From positions 16,072-80,071 of the forward strand of contig DUOG01000083.1 in the NCBI GenBank assembly GCA_012838945.1: 64,000 nt of DNA. Reading direction: 5' to 3'. Below, piece after piece: positions 61,982-64,000 of this stretch; position 1 is the stretch's first letter, and every line of letters starts with the position of its first letter. The position numbers and the translations under genes are program-made. This DNA is from Acholeplasmataceae bacterium (GTDB taxonomy: Bacteria > Bacillota_I > Bacilli_A > ML615J-28 > CAG-313). The notes beneath the pieces are model-generated. The model saw only the letters and a program-made list of their open reading frames with translations, searched no databases and was not told the origin of the DNA.

Positions 61982-62581
61982 TTGACACACTTAGTAAAAT
62001 ATTTCTTAATAATTATTGCCTACCTATTAGGCTCTATTCCCTTTGCGTTAATTGTTAGTAAAACCGCTAAAGGAATCGATATAAGAGATTATGGCAGCAA
62101 GAATATGGGTGCCACCAATGTCCTCAGAGTCCTAGGTCTAAAGTATGGACTCATTACTTTTTTTCTGGATGCTACAAAAGCAGCAATCATCATACTTCTT
62201 TTTAAACTGGGAGTACTAGATGAAAATGTGCATGCTTTAGGTCATCCATTGATTTATGGAATTGTAGCAATCATTGGGCACGTCTTTCCGGTCTATGCCA
62301 ATTTTAAAGGCGGAAAGGCTGTGGCTTGTTCAGCAGGAATTGTTCTCGTCTATAGTCCTCTGACCTTTGTCATCTGTGTAGCAACCTTTATTACCATTTA
62401 CCTCTTAACAAAGATCGTATCAGTTAGTTCTATTTCAGCAACTATCGCAGCGGTGATCACAGCTATTATCTTAAAAGATTGGACTTTCACTTTTTTCATT
62501 TTCATAATGGCCATCATAATAATTGGTCGCCATGGTGACAATATTAAAAGATTAATAAAAGGGAAAGAAAAGAAAGTATAA
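61982..62581 (+). CDS. plsY: Glycerol-3-phosphate acyltransferase PlsY
   Basis: AYLLGSIPF and GSKNMGATN motifs. Likely TTG start at 61982 after SD gaggtga. The ATG at 61964 sits about 6 nt after a tataat -10. Confidence 0.85.
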   Translation: MTHLVKYFLIIIAYLLGSIPFALIVSKTAKGIDIRDYGSKNMGATNVLRVLGLKYGLITFFLDATKAAIIILLFKLGVLDENVHALGHPLIYGIVAIIGHVFPVYANFKGGKAVACSAGIVLVYSPLTFVICVATFITIYLLTKIVSVSSISATIAAVITAIILKDWTFTFFIFIMAIIIIGRHGDNIKRLIKGKEKKV

Positions 62582-62587
62582 TAATTA

Positions 62588-62614
62588 AAAAATGAGGCTA
62601 CTGGCCTCATTTTT
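62588..62614. terminator. Bidirectional terminator
   Basis: aaaaaatgaggctactggcctcattttt. Confidence 0.75.
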
Positions 62615-62840
62615 GGTTCTTATATTGGTTCATTGACTCCATAATACGATTAATATCACGCTCAGATGGTTTACGTCCCATTTGCATCATCATTGCTCGT
62701 ATCATATTTTTATTAATTGGGGGATTCTTTTCTAGATACTTTGTAAATAGATTACGTGAAACAAAAAAGCCAATTACTGCCCCAATAATAAGTGTTAGTA
62801 ATAAAATTACTACAAATAACCATATTTTAATATCCATCAT
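62607..62840 (-). CDS. UPF0154/YneF-like small membrane protein
   Basis: 77 aa. N-terminal TM followed by conserved basic tail (NPPINKNMIRAMMMQMGRKPSE). Confidence 0.6.
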   Translation of the reverse strand: MMDIKIWLFVVILLLTLIIGAVIGFFVSRNLFTKYLEKNPPINKNMIRAMMMQMGRKPSERDINRIMESMNQYKNQK

Positions 62841-63057
62841 ATTTTTTCAACTCCTTGCGTGTTCATTATTATATTATACTAATAAAGGCAAAAATTATCA
62901 ACTAAAAAGTATACTTTATTCTTTTATTTACAAATCATATTTTTGATAAACTTATATAAAAAGTTCGTTTTCAAAATTCGACAATTTCTTACTGTTATAA
63001 TTGCATTTATTTTTAAATGTGATATAATATCTACGAGAATATAGGGAGGTTAAGAAT

Positions 63058-63225
63058 ATGCCAAGATTTATTACAGATGCTTGTATCGCATGTGGAAACT
63101 GCGCAAGTGAATGTCCAGTTGATTGCATTAGCGAAGGTGAAATCTACGTTATTGATCCAGATCTATGTATCGACTGTGGTGCATGTCAAGAAAACTGCCC
63201 TACTGACGCCATCATTGAAGTATAG
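63058..63225 (+). CDS. fdx: 2x[4Fe-4S] ferredoxin (55 aa; below the ORF-track size cutoff)
   Basis: MPRFITDACIACGNCASECPVDCISEGEIYVIDPDLCIDCGACQENCPTDAIIEV. Two CxxCxxCxxxCP motifs. SD gggagg 8 nt upstream. Terminator follows. Confidence 0.85.
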   Translation: MPRFITDACIACGNCASECPVDCISEGEIYVIDPDLCIDCGACQENCPTDAIIEV

Positions 63226-63280
63226 TATTAATTTTAATACTTAAATAAATGGTTAGGTAGATTTACACAGTATTTCTTAA

Positions 63281-63312
63281 AAAAACAAACGGTGGTTATC
63301 CGTTTGTTTTTT
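63281..63312. terminator. Bidirectional terminator between fdx and Nif3 gene
   Basis: aaaaaaacaaacggtggttatccgtttgttttttt. Confidence 0.8.
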
Positions 63313-63315
63313 TAA

Positions 63316-64000
63316 TTATATTACAGTGAAAGGGTCTACATCCTTCTCGGAAATAAAGATATTTGCATTAGCAAACTCTTCTTCTATGATGTTTTTCAAC
63401 GGTTCTTTAAATAGACTTTCAACGTGATGCGATACCTCTATAATAGCAAGTCCTTTTTCTCTGGCATAAAGAGCGTGATTTTGCTTCACTTCACCAGTTA
63501 TTAGTACATCACAGTTAACTTCAAGGGCATGATCAATTTCTACCGCACCACTACCTCCAACTATACCAACAGTGGATATCTTTTTATCCAAGTCACCAAT
63601 TAATCGAACCATAGTTTGATTAAATTTATCCTTTACTATTAAAGCTAAATCTTTCAAAGCAAGTTCATTAATCGTACCATAACGCAAGAAATTATTATCG
63701 ACTTGGTCTTCAAAATAACTCTTAACGTTATTAAGTGATATAATCTGGGCTAATTCATCGTTCATGCCACCAAAGGCAGAATCATAATTAGTGTGCATAT
63801 TTATTATATTAATGTTATTTTTTATGACCTTTACTAACTTAAGTCCTGAGGTCTCATCATAATCAATTCTTATAATAGAATTAAAAATGAATGGATGATG
63901 ACTGATGATGACATTAGCTCCTTTTTCAATAGCTTCATCGACAACGTCATTTGTCACATCTAAGGTGATTAAAATACCCGAAACCTCACTTTCAGCACTA
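63316..64000 (-). CDS. Nif3-family dinuclear metal centre protein (partial; N-terminus beyond window end)
   Basis: Conserved IISHHP motif near the N-terminus. Reading frame stays open through position 64000, so the gene continues off-window. Confidence 0.75.
   Translation of the reverse strand, partial: SAESEVSGILITLDVTNDVVDEAIEKGANVIISHHPFIFNSIIRIDYDETSGLKLVKVIKNNINIINMHTNYDSAFGGMNDELAQIISLNNVKSYFEDQVDNNFLRYGTINELALKDLALIVKDKFNQTMVRLIGDLDKKISTVGIVGGSGAVEIDHALEVNCDVLITGEVKQNHALYAREKGLAIIEVSHHVESLFKEPLKNIIEEEFANANIFISEKDVDPFTVI

Overview
This is a low-GC (about 30% GC) Firmicutes-type chromosomal segment with dense, operon-organised housekeeping genes. Gene order resembles Bacillus/Clostridia synteny: nadE, T-box-valS-folC, radC, spoIVFA/B-like, rplU-prp-rpmA-obg, ppdK, mutS-mutL-miaA, dacB-spmA-spmB, rluB, deoB-xerD, hemW, lepA, TPP-riboswitch-thiT, tldE/tldD, cls, gpsA-der, a cmk-rpsA fusion, parC-parE, plsY, and a Nif3 gene running off the window end. 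Several sporulation-associated genes (S2P SpoIVFB-like, dacB-spmAB, SpoIIM-like, SpoVIF-like) suggest an endospore-forming lineage.

The standout feature is a roughly 2-kb AT-rich stretch (29872-31850) with no ORF of 60 aa or more in the provided six-frame track, unusual against an otherwise coding-dense background. It is populated by at least six copies, some degenerate and in both orientations, of a ~55-60 nt conserved element. A further copy sits immediately upstream of a PAP2 phosphatase gene, so a four-gene block (PAP2, small TM protein, degenerate Fic-like wHTH protein, PHP phosphoesterase) is bracketed by direct copies. Other observations are syntenic losses (mreBCD/minCD, spo0B, hfq positions), an ABC-transporter/beta-helix exported-protein operon, a lipoprotein pair, and a cluster of small membrane/TPR hypotheticals. 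All protein calls are from motif recognition by eye; no database search was possible.
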